A DNA stretch of 64,000 bases from an uncultured Actinomycetota bacterium (GCA_963737525.1 CAVTTD010000016.1:4209-68208), one strand, 5' to 3'; positions 9,141 through 20,233 are shown, counted from the first letter of the stretch. The notes: a model not told the origin generated them from the sequence alone. Numbers and translations are program-made.

Positions 9141-12100
9141 TCACAGCATCCCCGACTGGAAGGCGAAGGCGGTGGCGTCGGCGCGCGAGGAGGCGCCGAT
9201 CTTCGCGTAGGTCGACGTCAGGCGCCGGGCCACCTCGCCGGCGTCGACGTCCAGCCGGTCGGCGATCTCGGCGTTCGAAAGACCTTCGACCACGAGCTTG
9301 AGGAGCCGGGCGTCGTCGTCGTCGAGACCCTCGACGCTTCCTTCCTGCATGTGGCGCGTCAGCGTCATGTCCGGATCGGAAGCGAGGCTCGCGAGCGCGC
9401 TTCCGGTCGGGCCTCGGAACCATCGGGTTCGGATGTCCTCGTCGACGATGCGGTTCGCGATCACGGCCGTCTGGAGCCGCAGGTACGAAAGGACGTTCGT
9501 CCGTTCCTCCTCGGTGCCGGCGGCCGTGATCGCTTCGGTGACCGGCAGCAGCACCTCGAGGTCGAGGTCCTCGTGCCGAGCGGCGGTGAGCGCCTCGACC
9601 GCCGCTCGCGCGGCGTCGGCGGCGCGCTCGGGCTCGTCCCTGGCCAGGGCGATCGTCGCGAGCGCCGCGTCGGCCCTCGCGCCCCACGGGGCGTGCCCGG
9701 GAAGGAGCGCGAGCAGTCCCTTCGCCTCGGACGCGGCCCGTTCGCCGAGCACGAGCAACTCCTCGTCCTTCCGTTCCCTCCCGAGGGTCGCCGACGCCAG
9801 GGCGAGCGTGGCGAGCGCCTCGCATCGGACCGCGGGCAAGCCCTGATCGGCGGCCATCTGCACCGCGCGCTCGAGATGTGCGCGCATCCCCTCGGCATCT
9901 CCTCGCCCGGCGTGCACCTGTCCTTGCCATTGCTCGAGCTGCCGGGCCCGGAAGGGGGTCGGGCTGTCCGCGGCGACGACCGCCGCCCGATCGAGCCAGG
10001 TCGTCGCCTCGTCCGGATCGCCGAGCTGCAGGTACGCGAGGGCGGTCCCGCCGGCGGACGAGGAACTCGAGCTGGCGGTCTCCGATCGTGCGAGCCCGCT
10101 CGTAGGCTTCGGCGCCGCGAGAGAGGGCGAGATCCGGGATCACCTTCGCTCGGGCGAACACGTGCACGCCGTAGAGCATCTGCACCTCGGCGAAGGCGCG
10201 CTGGCTCTCGCTGGTGAACGAGGAGAGCTGCGTGGCGAGCCGACGGATCTCCTCGATGTGGCGGGCCGAGTCCGAACCGATGTGGATGTCGGGGGCCCAG
10301 CTCAGATAGGCCATCGCGATGATCGATGCCATCGAGCCCTGCCGGTCGCCGAGCTCTTCGTAGAGCGCGAGCGACCGATGGAGGCGCTCGCCCGACGATC
10401 GCACCCACGGTGCGATCGGCAGGTCTTCCATGATGTCCTCGAGAGACTCGCCGGCGGCAACCCGGGTCATGACGGGGATGTGCTCCCCCACCGCGAGCCG
10501 ATCCACGAACCACTCGCGGATCCGACCCAGATCGATCACACCCAACTCCCGGGTCGAGGCGGCCAGCATCGAGGTGTCACCGAGCTCCTCGGCGAGCGCG
10601 GCCGCGCGGAGGTAGGTCTCCTCGGCGGCGTCGAGGTCGTGCTCGGCGGCCGACGGGGTGAACCCCTCGCCGAGCCCGGCGTGGAGGAGAGCCTGGCCGA
10701 GCTCGAGGCACGCGGCGAGCTCGGCGGCCCGATCGCCTCGCTCGACCGCGAGCGCTCGCACGCGGGTCGGCGAGCTCCGCCGCGCGGTCCTCCTGCTGCG
10801 AGAGCCGGAGCGCGGCCGCGCGGCGGAGCGTGACGTCGAGGTCCAGGTGGGGGTCGCCGAGCGCCTCGGCCAGGGCGGCGAGCTCCGACAGTCCTTCCAG
10901 GCGATCGGCGGGCCGCCTCAGCATCGCCAGCGCGTCGTCCCGGGCGGTCAGCAGGCCCAGCCGCTCCTGCGGCGTCGACGCCTGCGGCAGCGCGATCTCC
11001 ACGACCCGCAGGACCTCCTCCGGTGCGTGCGCGGCGAGCGCGGCGGCCGCCGCCTCGGTGGAGAAGCGGACGCACACCTCCGCGTCACCGGCCGCGCGCG
11101 CGTGGTGTGCGAGGAGCGGCAGCGTCTCCGGCGCCGGCTCGCCGGTGAGCAGGAGCTCGACGATCGCCCCGTGGATCTCGCGCCGGCGAGCCGGCGCCAG
11201 CGTGTCGGCCGCGAACTCGCGGACCTGCTCGTGGGGGAAGCTGTAGTCCGCCGGCGCGGCCTCCGGCTGCTCGACGAGCAGCCCGGCCGCGACGGCGGGC
11301 GCCATCAGGTCGCCGAGCGCGACCAGATCGTCGTCCTGCTCGCCCTCCCCGATCCGGATGCGCACCTCTCGGAGATCCTTCAAGCTGAAATGGCGACCGA
11401 GGAGCGCTGCCTCGGCGAGCGCCGTCTTCGTCTCCGGCGGGAGGTGGGCGGCTCGACGCTGGATCAATGTCCGCACGGCCGAGGGCGCCAGCCGCTCGGC
11501 GTTCCGCGTCAGCGTCCAGGTGTCGGCGATCTGCTGCAGCATCCCCGCCTCGCGGTAGGCCCGGCCGATCTCCTCCACGATGAAGGGGACGCCTTCCGCC
11601 TGACCGTGGATCGTCGACGCGGTGGCGGGCTCGACCTGTCCGCCGAGCACCTGGCGGAGGAACTCCGACGTCTCGAGCACCGAGAAGCGAGCGAGCTTCA
11701 ACCTCCGGATCACGCGCATCCGCTCCATGTCGGCGAGCAGCGTGACCGCCTCGGTGAGCGTGGCGACCTCTTCGGGACGGATCGAGAACATCAGGAAGAT
11801 CGGGCTCGCGCCTTCGGTCCGGATGACGTAGCGAAGGAGCCGGAGGCTGTCCTCGTCGGACCACTGCATGTCGTCGATCAGCAGCGCCAGCGGCCGGTCG
11901 GCGGTGAGCGCTCGCACCGCCATCGTCGCGAGGTCGAACGAGCGGAGGAGCCGTTGGTCCGAGGACAGCCCCGCGAAGGCGGGATCGTCCCGGCCGCCGA
12001 GCGCCTCGGCGGCCGCGGCGATCGCCGCCTCCGACGCGGTGCCGGCGACGGCCTCGGCCACCTCCGGCGCCCCGACGATGGATCGCGCGAGGAGGAAGGG

Positions 12101-12370
12101 GCCTCGCAGCTCTTCGTCGGCGCCGACCGCGACCGTGAGGAACCCGCGGGCGACCGCGATCTCCCGGGCGGCAAGGAGGAGGCGCGTCTTGCCGATGCCC
12201 GGCTCGCCTTCGACCGCGACCGCGGTCAACCGCCCTCCCTGCGCGGCGCTGATGCCGTCCTCGATCGCGACGAGTTCCGTGGGTCGTCCGACGACCGCTC
12301 GACCCGTCCGATGCTCGAGGAGTCCGAGTGGAGCGAACGCGGCGGCCGCGACCGGCGGTGCGACACTCAT
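9141..12370 (-). pseudogene. Large ATP-binding LuxR-family (LAL/STAND: AAA ATPase - TPR-like - LuxR HTH) regulator, two frame disruptions
   Basis: Walker A GEPGIGKTRLL near the N-terminus, a long helical-repeat middle, and a C-terminal LuxR HTH (ARLLKLVVEGLSNAEIADRLDVDAGEVARRLTSTYAKIG). The reading frame switches at about 10762 and about 10059, with sensible sequence continuing across both. Confidence 0.8.
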
Positions 12371-12553
12371 GATCGTTCTGCCACGACGTGCACGACCTCT
12401 CGATCAGGCGGGCCGTCGGCCCAGCCTGCTATCGTTGAGGTCCCGAGCGATCGGAACAACCTCCGCGTCGGGCAACCGACCGGTGGCATCGGCAGACCTC
12501 CCGCCCGCCCTGCCCTCGGATCCGATGTTCCACGATGAGCAGAGGGAGACCGA

Positions 12554-12745
12554 GTGGAAGGGATCAGCCGCAAGGACCGGGTCTTCGGGCCGCCGGAGCG
12601 CGGGAAGAAGGCGGCCGACCGTCCACCTCGAGGTCGGATGTGCGAACAGGCCGGATGCGAAACCATCCTCTCCACGTACAACGCTTCTCCCGTCTGCTGG
12701 CTCCACGCGCCGCCCGCGTATCGACACGCACTCAGCCGCGACTAG
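12554..12745 (+). CDS. Hypothetical small Cys/His protein (possible zinc ribbon)
   Basis: 63 aa (GTG start), or 35 aa from the internal ATG. Motif C-x4-C ... STYN ... C-x2-H (CEQAGCETILSTYNASPVCWLH). No family recognised with certainty. Confidence 0.35.
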   Translation: MEGISRKDRVFGPPERGKKAADRPPRGRMCEQAGCETILSTYNASPVCWLHAPPAYRHALSRD

Positions 12746-12777
12746 GAACAGTCCACACGATCTTCTGCCCTGTGAAG

Positions 12778-12851
12778 CGCGCCCTGAGGGACTCGAACCC
12801 CCGACCTGCTGGTCCGTAGCCAGCCGCTCTGATCCACTGAGCTAAGGGCGC
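12778..12851 (-). tRNA. tRNA-Arg (anticodon ACG)
   Basis: GCGCCCT acceptor, D-arm GCTCAGTGGATCAGAGC, anticodon loop CU-ACG-GA, T-loop GGTTCGAGTCC. No encoded CCA. Confidence 0.9.
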
Positions 12852-12922
12852 CGAACGTCAATCCTACACGGCGGTCTCCGACGCCTCGCCGTACGGACGC
12901 GCCTCCGGGGAAACGCCCGCCG

Positions 12923-13011
12923 CGGAGACGGGAGGATTCGAACCTCCGAGGGAGTTTTACCCCCCTAACCGCTTAGCAGGCGGCTGCTTTCGGCCACTCA
13001 GCCACGTCTCC
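12923..13011 (-). tRNA. tRNA-Ser (anticodon GCT)
   Basis: GGAGACG acceptor, anticodon loop CU-GCT-AA, long variable arm, GGTTCGAATCC T-loop. No encoded CCA. Confidence 0.9.
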
Positions 13012-13052
13012 GGGGCCGATTCTACGAGGACGGGATTTCGACCTCTGTCTCT

Positions 13053-13835
13053 TCACGGCTTCCGGGCGACGAATACCCACCGTGACAGGCGCCCCTCCGA
13101 GGCAAGTCGACGGGCCAGGTCGATGAAGTTCTGGAACGCCCCGAATGTCTTCTCGCCTTCGAGCGGAACGAGGCTCTCCCGGTGGCGCTCCCGCGCCGCG
13201 AACATCCGCGTCGCGACCGCGGTCACGGCGTCGGAACGATCCTCCGCCCGCTCGATCTTCAACCCCGCCTCCTCGATCGCCCGCTCATTCTCGCCCGGAG
13301 GAGTGAGCACGAAGTAGCCCATGAAGGTGCGTCCGGCCACCTCTTCGTTCGAGATGGGCCCGGTGAGCACCAAGCCTTCCGTGTAGAGGACACGACCGCC
13401 GCGGGGCAATAGACGTGCCCACTCGCGCAGTGTCGTTCTCCGGTCACGCAGATGATGAGCCGAATCGTTCGAGAACACCGCGTCGAACGATCCATCTTCG
13501 AAAGGAAGTGGTTCGTTCGCATCGAGCACATGGAACTCGCAGCCCGGCGCGTCGTGATCCCGTGCCGAAGCGATCGCCCTGGGGTCATTGTCGATGCCGA
13601 CCACCTTGGCGCCCGTCTCCTTCGCGAGGAGGGCGGAGATCCCACCGGAGCCACACGCCACATCGAGCACGGAGGTGACACCGGCGCCGAGCCACGAGGC
13701 GAACTCCCTCGCTTCTGCGGCCTGAAGCCACCCAGCCTGGCCGAGGTCCTCGTCGTAGGTCTCGAGCCGAACCTGTTGCTGCGGATCGGTATCGACCGAC
13801 GCATACGTCTTCTCGTAGAAGTCGGATCCGTCCAA
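13053..13835 (-). CDS. Class I SAM-dependent methyltransferase
   Basis: Motif I VLDVACGSGG, post-I GIDNDP, and FDAVFSNDSAHH. Only the C-terminal ~260 aa of the 628-aa ORF look real. TTG at 13835 is the proposed start, as there is no in-frame ATG nearby. Confidence 0.7.
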   Translation of the reverse strand: MDGSDFYEKTYASVDTDPQQQVRLETYDEDLGQAGWLQAAEAREFASWLGAGVTSVLDVACGSGGISALLAKETGAKVVGIDNDPRAIASARDHDAPGCEFHVLDANEPLPFEDGSFDAVFSNDSAHHLRDRRTTLREWARLLPRGGRVLYTEGLVLTGPISNEEVAGRTFMGYFVLTPPGENERAIEEAGLKIERAEDRSDAVTAVATRMFAARERHRESLVPLEGEKTFGAFQNFIDLARRLASEGRLSRWVFVARKP

Positions 13836-13895
13836 GGCCGAGCACGCTAGCCAGGGGTCCCGGGGGACGCAAGTCGTGGGTAGGCTCCGGCCGAC

Positions 13896-15065
13896 ATGCC
13901 GGACGTGGTGGTCGTGGGCGGCGGGATCATCGGAGCGGCATGTGCGTTCGAGCTGGCCGATCGAGGCGCGACGGTGACGCTCCTCGAGCGGGAGGAGCTC
14001 GCCGCCGGTGCGTCGGGTCGCAACAACGGTCTGTGGCTCACGCCCGTGGACCCGGCCCTCCTCTCGATGGCGAGGACCACGCTGGCTCGCTACCTCGAGA
14101 TCGCCGATGCGAGCCCGGTCCCGTTCCGTCTCGATCCGGAGCCCATCGGATTGATCGCCGCCGCTCTCGACGACGAAGAGATGCGGACCGGCGAGAGGGA
14201 ACACGAGCCGTACCGGGCGGCCGGCGTGGAGGTGGACCGGCTGGAGGCGGCGGACGTGTTGCGGTTGGAGCCGGCGATCGCCTCCGAGGTGCTCGGCGGG
14301 TGGCTGGTTCACCACGGTCACCGGTTGGCGCCGGCCGCGCTGACCGTGGCCCTCGCCCTGATGGCCGCCGAGCGAGGCGCGACCGTGCGACATCATCTGC
14401 CGGTGCGCGCGGTGCTCGAGGATCACGATCGGGTCACGGGAGTCATGACCGATGAGGGCCGCATCGACGCGGACGAGGTGGTGGTGGCGGCCGGGCCGTG
14501 GTCGTCCTCGCTCCTCGATCCGATCGGGATCCGCGTGCCGATCACCGGCGCTCGCGGCTGGCTCGTGCGCCTCGACCCGCCGCCGGGGCTGCTGCGACAC
14601 CTCGTGGCCTCCGCGGGATGGGAGGAGGCGACCGGGCGCTGGGAGGACGGCGCGGTGCGAGCCGGCTCGCTCGAGGACGTATCGGCGGCGACCTCGACGC
14701 TGCTGCACCCGGCGACCGACGGCTCGTTGATCGCGGGCTCGTCGCGACAACCCGTGATCACCCCCGAGGCGGAGGAGCCGGGCGTCCCGGCACGGATCGT
14801 CCGTGGCGCGATCCGGATGGTGCCCGCGCTCGCCGACGCGGAGATCCGCTCCGCCTGGTGGGGGATCCGTCCGCTGACGCCCGACGAACGCCCCGCGATC
14901 GGGCGCCTCGGGGACGGCCTCTCGATCGCCGCCGGCCACGGGTCCGAGGGAGTGATCCTCGGCGCGGGGACGGGGCAGCTCATCGCGGCGCAGCTGTCGG
15001 GCGACGACCCGCCCTTCGACCCGGAGCCGTTCGACCCCGGTCGATTCTCGACCGCGCCTGGGTAG
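13896..15065 (+). CDS. FAD-dependent oxidoreductase (glycine/D-amino-acid/sarcosine oxidase-like, DAO family)
   Basis: N-terminal dinucleotide fold VVVVGGGIIGAACAFELADRG...ASGRNNG. 389 aa. Confidence 0.8.
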   Translation: MPDVVVVGGGIIGAACAFELADRGATVTLLEREELAAGASGRNNGLWLTPVDPALLSMARTTLARYLEIADASPVPFRLDPEPIGLIAAALDDEEMRTGEREHEPYRAAGVEVDRLEAADVLRLEPAIASEVLGGWLVHHGHRLAPAALTVALALMAAERGATVRHHLPVRAVLEDHDRVTGVMTDEGRIDADEVVVAAGPWSSSLLDPIGIRVPITGARGWLVRLDPPPGLLRHLVASAGWEEATGRWEDGAVRAGSLEDVSAATSTLLHPATDGSLIAGSSRQPVITPEAEEPGVPARIVRGAIRMVPALADAEIRSAWWGIRPLTPDERPAIGRLGDGLSIAAGHGSEGVILGAGTGQLIAAQLSGDDPPFDPEPFDPGRFSTAPG

Positions 15066-15076
15066 GATTCCCGGTC

Positions 15077-16347
15077 ATGGCCGTCCTCGCCCTCGGGGTT
15101 TCCTTCCGGCGCGCGCCGATCGACCTGCTCGAGCGGCTCGCGTTCACCGAGGGTGACCTGGTGAAGGCGTACCAGCACGCTCGCGAGCTGGACGGGATCG
15201 ATGAGGCGGTGGTGCTCTCGACCTGCAACCGGGTCGAGGTCTACGGATCGGTCCCGAGCTATCACGCGGGGTTCCTGGCGCTCAAGCGGTTGTTGACCGA
15301 GACGCGCGGCGTCGCCGAGGAGCACCTCGCCGACGGCCTGTACGCCCACTGGGAGCGGGACGCCGTCGAGCACCTGTTCTCCGTCGCCGGTGGGCTCGAC
15401 TCCATGGTCCTCGGCGAGACGCAGATCCAGTCGCAGGTCCGCGAGGCGCTCCGCCTCGCGGACGGCGAATCGCTCGCGGGGACCCAGCTGAAGGGGCTGT
15501 TCCATGCCGCGACGCGCGCCGGGCGACGGATCCGTCAGGAGACGTCGCTCGGGGCCGCGCCCGATGCGTTCGTCGAGCGCGGCGCCTCCCTCGCGGAAGC
15601 GGCGCTCGGAACCCTCGCCGACCGCTCGGTCGTGGTGATCGGCGCGGGCACGATGGCCTCGCTCGCCGTGAAGCACCTCCGGCAGCGAGGAGTGGGGCCC
15701 GTCCGCGTGCTGAACCGTTCGCTCCCACACGCTCGCGCCCTCGCCGAGCGAACCACGCCGATCACGGCGACCTGGACTCACTCCCGATGGTGCTCCGGGA
15801 CGCGGACCTCGTGGTCTCGGCGACCGGCGCGACGGGGACGGTGGTACACGCGGACGTGGTCCGCGAGGCACGAGCGGCCGCGGCGTCGCCGCTCGTCCTG
15901 CTCGACATGGCCGTGCCGCGCGACGTGGAGCCCGAGGCCGGTGCGATCCCCGGCGTGACGTTGATCGACGTGGACGCGTTGCGCGATCGCGGCTCGGCGG
16001 TCGAGGAAGACGCCATCGGGCGAGCCCGCGAGATCGTGTCCGAGGAGGTCCGCCGGTTCGTCGTGCGTCGCCGCGGCGACGAGCTGGCGCCCCTGATCCG
16101 CGCGCTCCGTCGCCGCGGCGACGCGGTCCTGCAGGGTGAGCTGGAGCGCCACGCGGGCCGGCTGCGCGATCTCACGCCGGACGAGCGCGCCGCGGTCGAG
16201 GCGCTCGCGCGAGGGATCGTCGCGAAGCTCCTGCACGATCCGATCATCGCGCTGAAGGAGCGATCGGAGCCCGGGTCCGGCCGGACGCACGCGAAGCTGC
16301 TCGCCGAGCTCCTCGGCCTCGACCCTTCCCTCCTCGAGGGGGAGTGA
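15077..16347 (+). pseudogene. hemA: Glutamyl-tRNA reductase, one frame disruption
   Basis: MAVLALGVSFRRAPIDLLERL...STCNRVEVY...GETQI...VIGAGTMA, then a frame switch at about 15752 into DADLVVSATGA...LLDMAVPRDVEP.... Both halves are GluTR-like. Confidence 0.85.
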
Positions 16348-17240
16348 GCACCCTCCGGATCGCGACGCGACGCTCGGCCCTCGCGCTCGCGCAGGCCGAG
16401 GAGATCGCGGCCCTGCTGTCCGCGAGCGCCTTCCGCTCGGAGATCGTCCCGATGTCGACGTCCGGGGACGAAGGGACCACCTCGGCGGAGTCCCCCACCG
16501 GCATGAAAGGACTCTGGGTCGACCGGATCGTCGAGGCGCTCCGCACGGGCGAGGTGGACGTGGCGGTGCATTCCGCGAAGGACCTCCCCGCCGACGACGA
16601 GGAGGGGATCGTGATCGGCGCCGTGCCGAAGCGGGCCGACCCGCTCGACATCCTGATCGGGCGCGACGAGCGGCTCCAGCCGGGGATGGTCGTGGGGACC
16701 TCGAGCATCCGGCGCCGCGCGCAGCTCCTCGCGGGGTTCCCGGGGATGGGGGTGACCGAGATCCGCGGGAACGTGGACACGCGGTTGCGGAAGCTGGCGG
16801 AAGGCGAGGTGGACGGACTCGTGCTCGCCGCGGCGGGGCTGGCGCGGCTCGGCGTCGATCCGCCGCACGCTCGCCGGCTCCGGATCGACGAGATGGTGCC
16901 GGCGCCCGGCCAAGGGTGCCTGGCCGTGCAGGTCCGCGAGGACGACCGAACGACGCGGGCGGTCGTCTCGGTCCTGGATCATCTGGGGTCGAGACGGGCG
17001 CTGGAGGCCGAACGGACCCTCGTGCAGCTCTTGGGTGGAGGCTGCGACCTCCCGCTGGGAGCATTCGCGGCCGTCAAAGGCGACCGGATCAGGATGGTGG
17101 CCCTCGTCGCGACGGCCGACGGCGCGAAGGTCGTGCGAACGGCCGTCGAGAGCACCGACCCGGCCGTCGCCGCGTCGACCCTCGCGGAACGGCTGCGAGC
17201 AGAGGGCGCGGACAGGATCCTGGCGGAGCTGCAGGGGTGA
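16344..17240 (+). CDS. hemC: Porphobilinogen deaminase (hydroxymethylbilane synthase)
   Basis: LRIATRRSALALAQAE...HSAKDLP...GTSSIRRRAQL...RGNVDTRLRKL. GTG start overlaps the hemA stop (GTGA). Confidence 0.92.
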   Translation: MSTLRIATRRSALALAQAEEIAALLSASAFRSEIVPMSTSGDEGTTSAESPTGMKGLWVDRIVEALRTGEVDVAVHSAKDLPADDEEGIVIGAVPKRADPLDILIGRDERLQPGMVVGTSSIRRRAQLLAGFPGMGVTEIRGNVDTRLRKLAEGEVDGLVLAAAGLARLGVDPPHARRLRIDEMVPAPGQGCLAVQVREDDRTTRAVVSVLDHLGSRRALEAERTLVQLLGGGCDLPLGAFAAVKGDRIRMVALVATADGAKVVRTAVESTDPAVAASTLAERLRAEGADRILAELQG

Positions 17241-17995
17241 AGCGAACCCTCGCCGGGCGGACGATCGTCGTCACGCGCCCGGCCGAGCAGGTCGCGCCGC
17301 TGGTGCGGGAGCTCGAGCGCCGCGGAGCGCGCGTGCTGGTCGCGCCGACGATCCGCCTGTCGCCCGCGCGCTCCGCGGCGCTCACGGCGGCGCTGAAGGA
17401 GCTCGCGGCCGGGCGGTTCGACTGGATCACGCTCACGAGCGCCGCGACCGTCGAGATGCTGCGCGGCCGACTCGCCTCTCCGCGCGACGTGCGAGCGCGG
17501 GTCGCCGTGATCGGCGAAGGGACGGCGGCCGCGTTCCGTCGGTGGACCCGCCGGGAGCCAGACCTCCAGCCCGCAACCTTCACGACCACGGCCCTCGCCC
17601 GCGCGTTCCCGCGCGGCTCGGGGCGCGTGCTCTGTGCCCGTGCAGACATCGCGCCGGAGGGATTGGAGGCCGCGCTCGAGAGGAAAGGCTGGGAGGCCGT
17701 CCGGGTCGACGCCTATCGGACGATCCTCGCCACCTCGCTCCCGGCTGAGTCCCGCGCCGCCTTCCGCCGCGGGGGCGTCGATGCCGTGACGTTCACGAGC
17801 GCCTCCACCGTCCAGGGCTTCGTGCGCGCGCTCGGAGCCTCGAAGGGCACACCGAGGGTCGTGTGCATCGGACCGGTCACGGCGAGAGCGGCTCGGGACG
17901 CGGGCCTTCGACCCGCGGCGGTCGCGAAGCCGCACACGGTCGAGGGCTTGATCGCGGCTCTCGAGCGCGCGCTCGCTCCTTCCGGGGGGTCCTAG
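17237..17995 (+). CDS. hemD: Uroporphyrinogen-III synthase
   Basis: About 252 aa with HemD-like sequence (GRTIVVTRPAEQ...WITLTSAATVE...FTSASTV). GTG overlaps the hemC stop. Not fused to a methyltransferase domain. Confidence 0.8.
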   Translation: MKRTLAGRTIVVTRPAEQVAPLVRELERRGARVLVAPTIRLSPARSAALTAALKELAAGRFDWITLTSAATVEMLRGRLASPRDVRARVAVIGEGTAAAFRRWTRREPDLQPATFTTTALARAFPRGSGRVLCARADIAPEGLEAALERKGWEAVRVDAYRTILATSLPAESRAAFRRGGVDAVTFTSASTVQGFVRALGASKGTPRVVCIGPVTARAARDAGLRPAAVAKPHTVEGLIAALERALAPSGGS

Positions 17996-19183
17996 ACCCA
18001 CACCTCGCGAAGCGCCCTCAGCGCGTTGCCGCCGACGACCTTCGCGATCTGCTCGTCCTCATACCCGTGGCCCACGAGCCAGCGGATCAGGTTCGGGAAC
18101 TCCGACGGGTTCTCGATCCCCTCGACGTAGTCGACGGGCTCGTACTCGCCGACCTCGCCGGTGTCGAGGTTCCCCGCGTACAGGACGTGCAGTCCGACGT
18201 GGTCGCCGAAGAACGTGTCGGGGCCGAACCCGACGTGATCGATCCCCATCACGTCGACGCAGTACTCGAAGTGGTCCATCACCGACTCGAGGGAGTGCCG
18301 CGGATGCGCGGGCGAGATCGTCGTGTGCGGCGACCCCTCGATCCCGATCACGCCGCCGGTCTCCGCGACCGCCTTCAGCAGGTCGTCCTCCTTCAGCTTC
18401 CGTTCCGAGAACAACGCTCGTGCCCCGGAGTGGGACAGGAAGACCGGCCGCTCGCTCGCCCGGCAGGTTTCCATCGCCGTGACGTCGCCGGTGTGCGAGA
18501 GGTCGATCGCCATCCCGAGGCGGTTCATCCGCCGTACCGCGTCGAGACCGAATCGCGTGAGCCCGCCGTCACCCGGATCCTTCACGCCGCCGCCGAGCTG
18601 GTTCGACTCGCTGTAGGCGATCCCGCACATCCGGACGCCGAGCCCGAAGAGCACGTCGAGCCGGTCGAGCTCGTTCTCGATCATCGCGGCACCTTCCATG
18701 CACGGGACCATCGCGATGCGGCCGCTCCGATGGGCCTCCTCGATGTCCTGCACGGTCCCGCCGACGAACACCGTGGACTGGTGCGCGACGTCGGCCAGGT
18801 GCATCCCGAGATCGTGGATCACGTCGGTCCACTTCCAGCCGCCCTTCGACGTGATCGTCGCGGTTCCGTCGAGGAAGTTCTCGAAGACACCGTCCAGGCC
18901 CGAGGCCGCGAGCCCCTCGTAGCCGTACCACTCCCGCCCTTCCCGGACGTAGTCATCGTTCTGGCTCATGTCGACGGGCGTGATCCCGCAGTGGTCGTGC
19001 AAGCGAGATGCAGACGCTCTCGCGGAGCAAGCGCTCGGCACGTTCGTGATCTGCCTCGGACAGCGGATAGACGAACGGCTCGACCCGTCCGATCTGCGGC
19101 GAGAGCTCGAACTCCTTGTAGTCGACGCCCGGCTCCAGGTACGAGAACGACACGTAGCCGTCCCATCGCTTCTTCGGCTCCAT
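17992..19183 (-). pseudogene. Membrane-dipeptidase (M19, renal-dipeptidase-like) family protein, one frame disruption
   Basis: The N-terminal 60 aa (MEPKKRWDGY...RESVCIS) sit in one frame. The rest (LHDHCG...DLSHTGD...GIDHVGFGPD...) sits in another, with the switch at about 19002. Antisense to the hem genes on either side. Confidence 0.75.
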
Positions 19184-19251
19184 CGGCGGTCCCTTCTCGA
19201 TCTCTTGGCGTCATCTTCTGGCGTGATCTCGGCCGCGGTACGCTCTGGCCC

Positions 19252-20233
19252 GTGAGCTTCCCTGATTCGAGGCCGAGACGCATGCGGCGCACGCCCGCGC
19301 TCCGTTCGCTGATCCGTGAGACCGATGTGCGGCCGGGCGACCTGATCGCTCCACTGTTCGTCGAAGGAGGAGCTCACCGACCCCGCGCCGATCGGGTCGA
19401 TGCCGGGCCAGTCCCAGCACACGCTCGAGTCGCTCCGGAAGGAAGCCGTCGAGATCGCGGAGCGGGGCGTGCGAGCGTTCATCCTCTTCGCCGTTCCGGC
19501 GCGGAAGGATCCCGAGGGCTCCGAGGCATGGAACCCCGAGGGGATCGGTCAGCAGGCGATCGCGGCGCTCCGGGCGGAGTTCGGTGACGACGCGGTCGTG
19601 ATCGGCGACCTCTGCCTCGACGAGTACACCGACCACGGGCACTGCGGCGTGCTGAACGACCTCGGCGAGGTGGAGAACGACGCGACCGTCGAGCTGTATC
19701 AGCGGATCGCGGTCGCGCAGGCGAACGCCGGCGCCCACCTCGTCGGACCGAGCGGGATGATGGACGGGCAGGTGGCCGCGATCCGCGCCGCACTCGACGC
19801 CGGCGGTCATCAGGACATCGGCATCCTCGCGTACGCGGCGAAGTTCGCTTCCGCGCTCTACGGACCGTTCCGCGAAGCCGCCGAGGGTGCGCCCCGGTTC
19901 GGCGATCGAACGGGCTATCAGCAGGATCCGGCGAACCTGGATGAGGCGCTCCGCGAGATCCGGACCGACATCGAGGAGGGCGCCGACATCGTGATGGTGA
20001 AGCCGGCGCTGCCCTACCTCGACGTGATCCGCCGCGCGAAGGACGAGACACGGTTCCCGATGGCCGCGTACCACGTGAGCGGCGAGTACGCGATGGTGAA
20101 GGCCGCGGTGGCGAACGGCTGGCTCGACGAGCGTCGCGTCGTCCTCGAGCTGCTGACGTCGATCAGGCGCGCCGGCGCGGACCTGATCCTCACGTATCAC
20201 GCGAAAGACGCCGCGGACTGGCTCCGCGGCTGA
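19252..20233 (+). pseudogene. hemB: Porphobilinogen synthase (ALA dehydratase), one frame disruption
   Basis: VSFPDSRPRRMRRTPALRSLIRETDVRPGDLIAPLFVE, then a switch at about 19366 into EELTDPAPIGSMPGQ...MVKPALPYLDV...AYHVSGEYAM. HemB-like throughout. Confidence 0.88.

Noticed and set aside
12778-13011. tRNA-Arg/tRNA-Ser pair (and the tRNAs at 35950 and 42235) considered as integration sites of genomic islands.
   Set aside because: No integrase, excisionase or transposase is present, no duplicated tRNA 3' ends are seen, and flanking genes have the same composition as the rest of the window.
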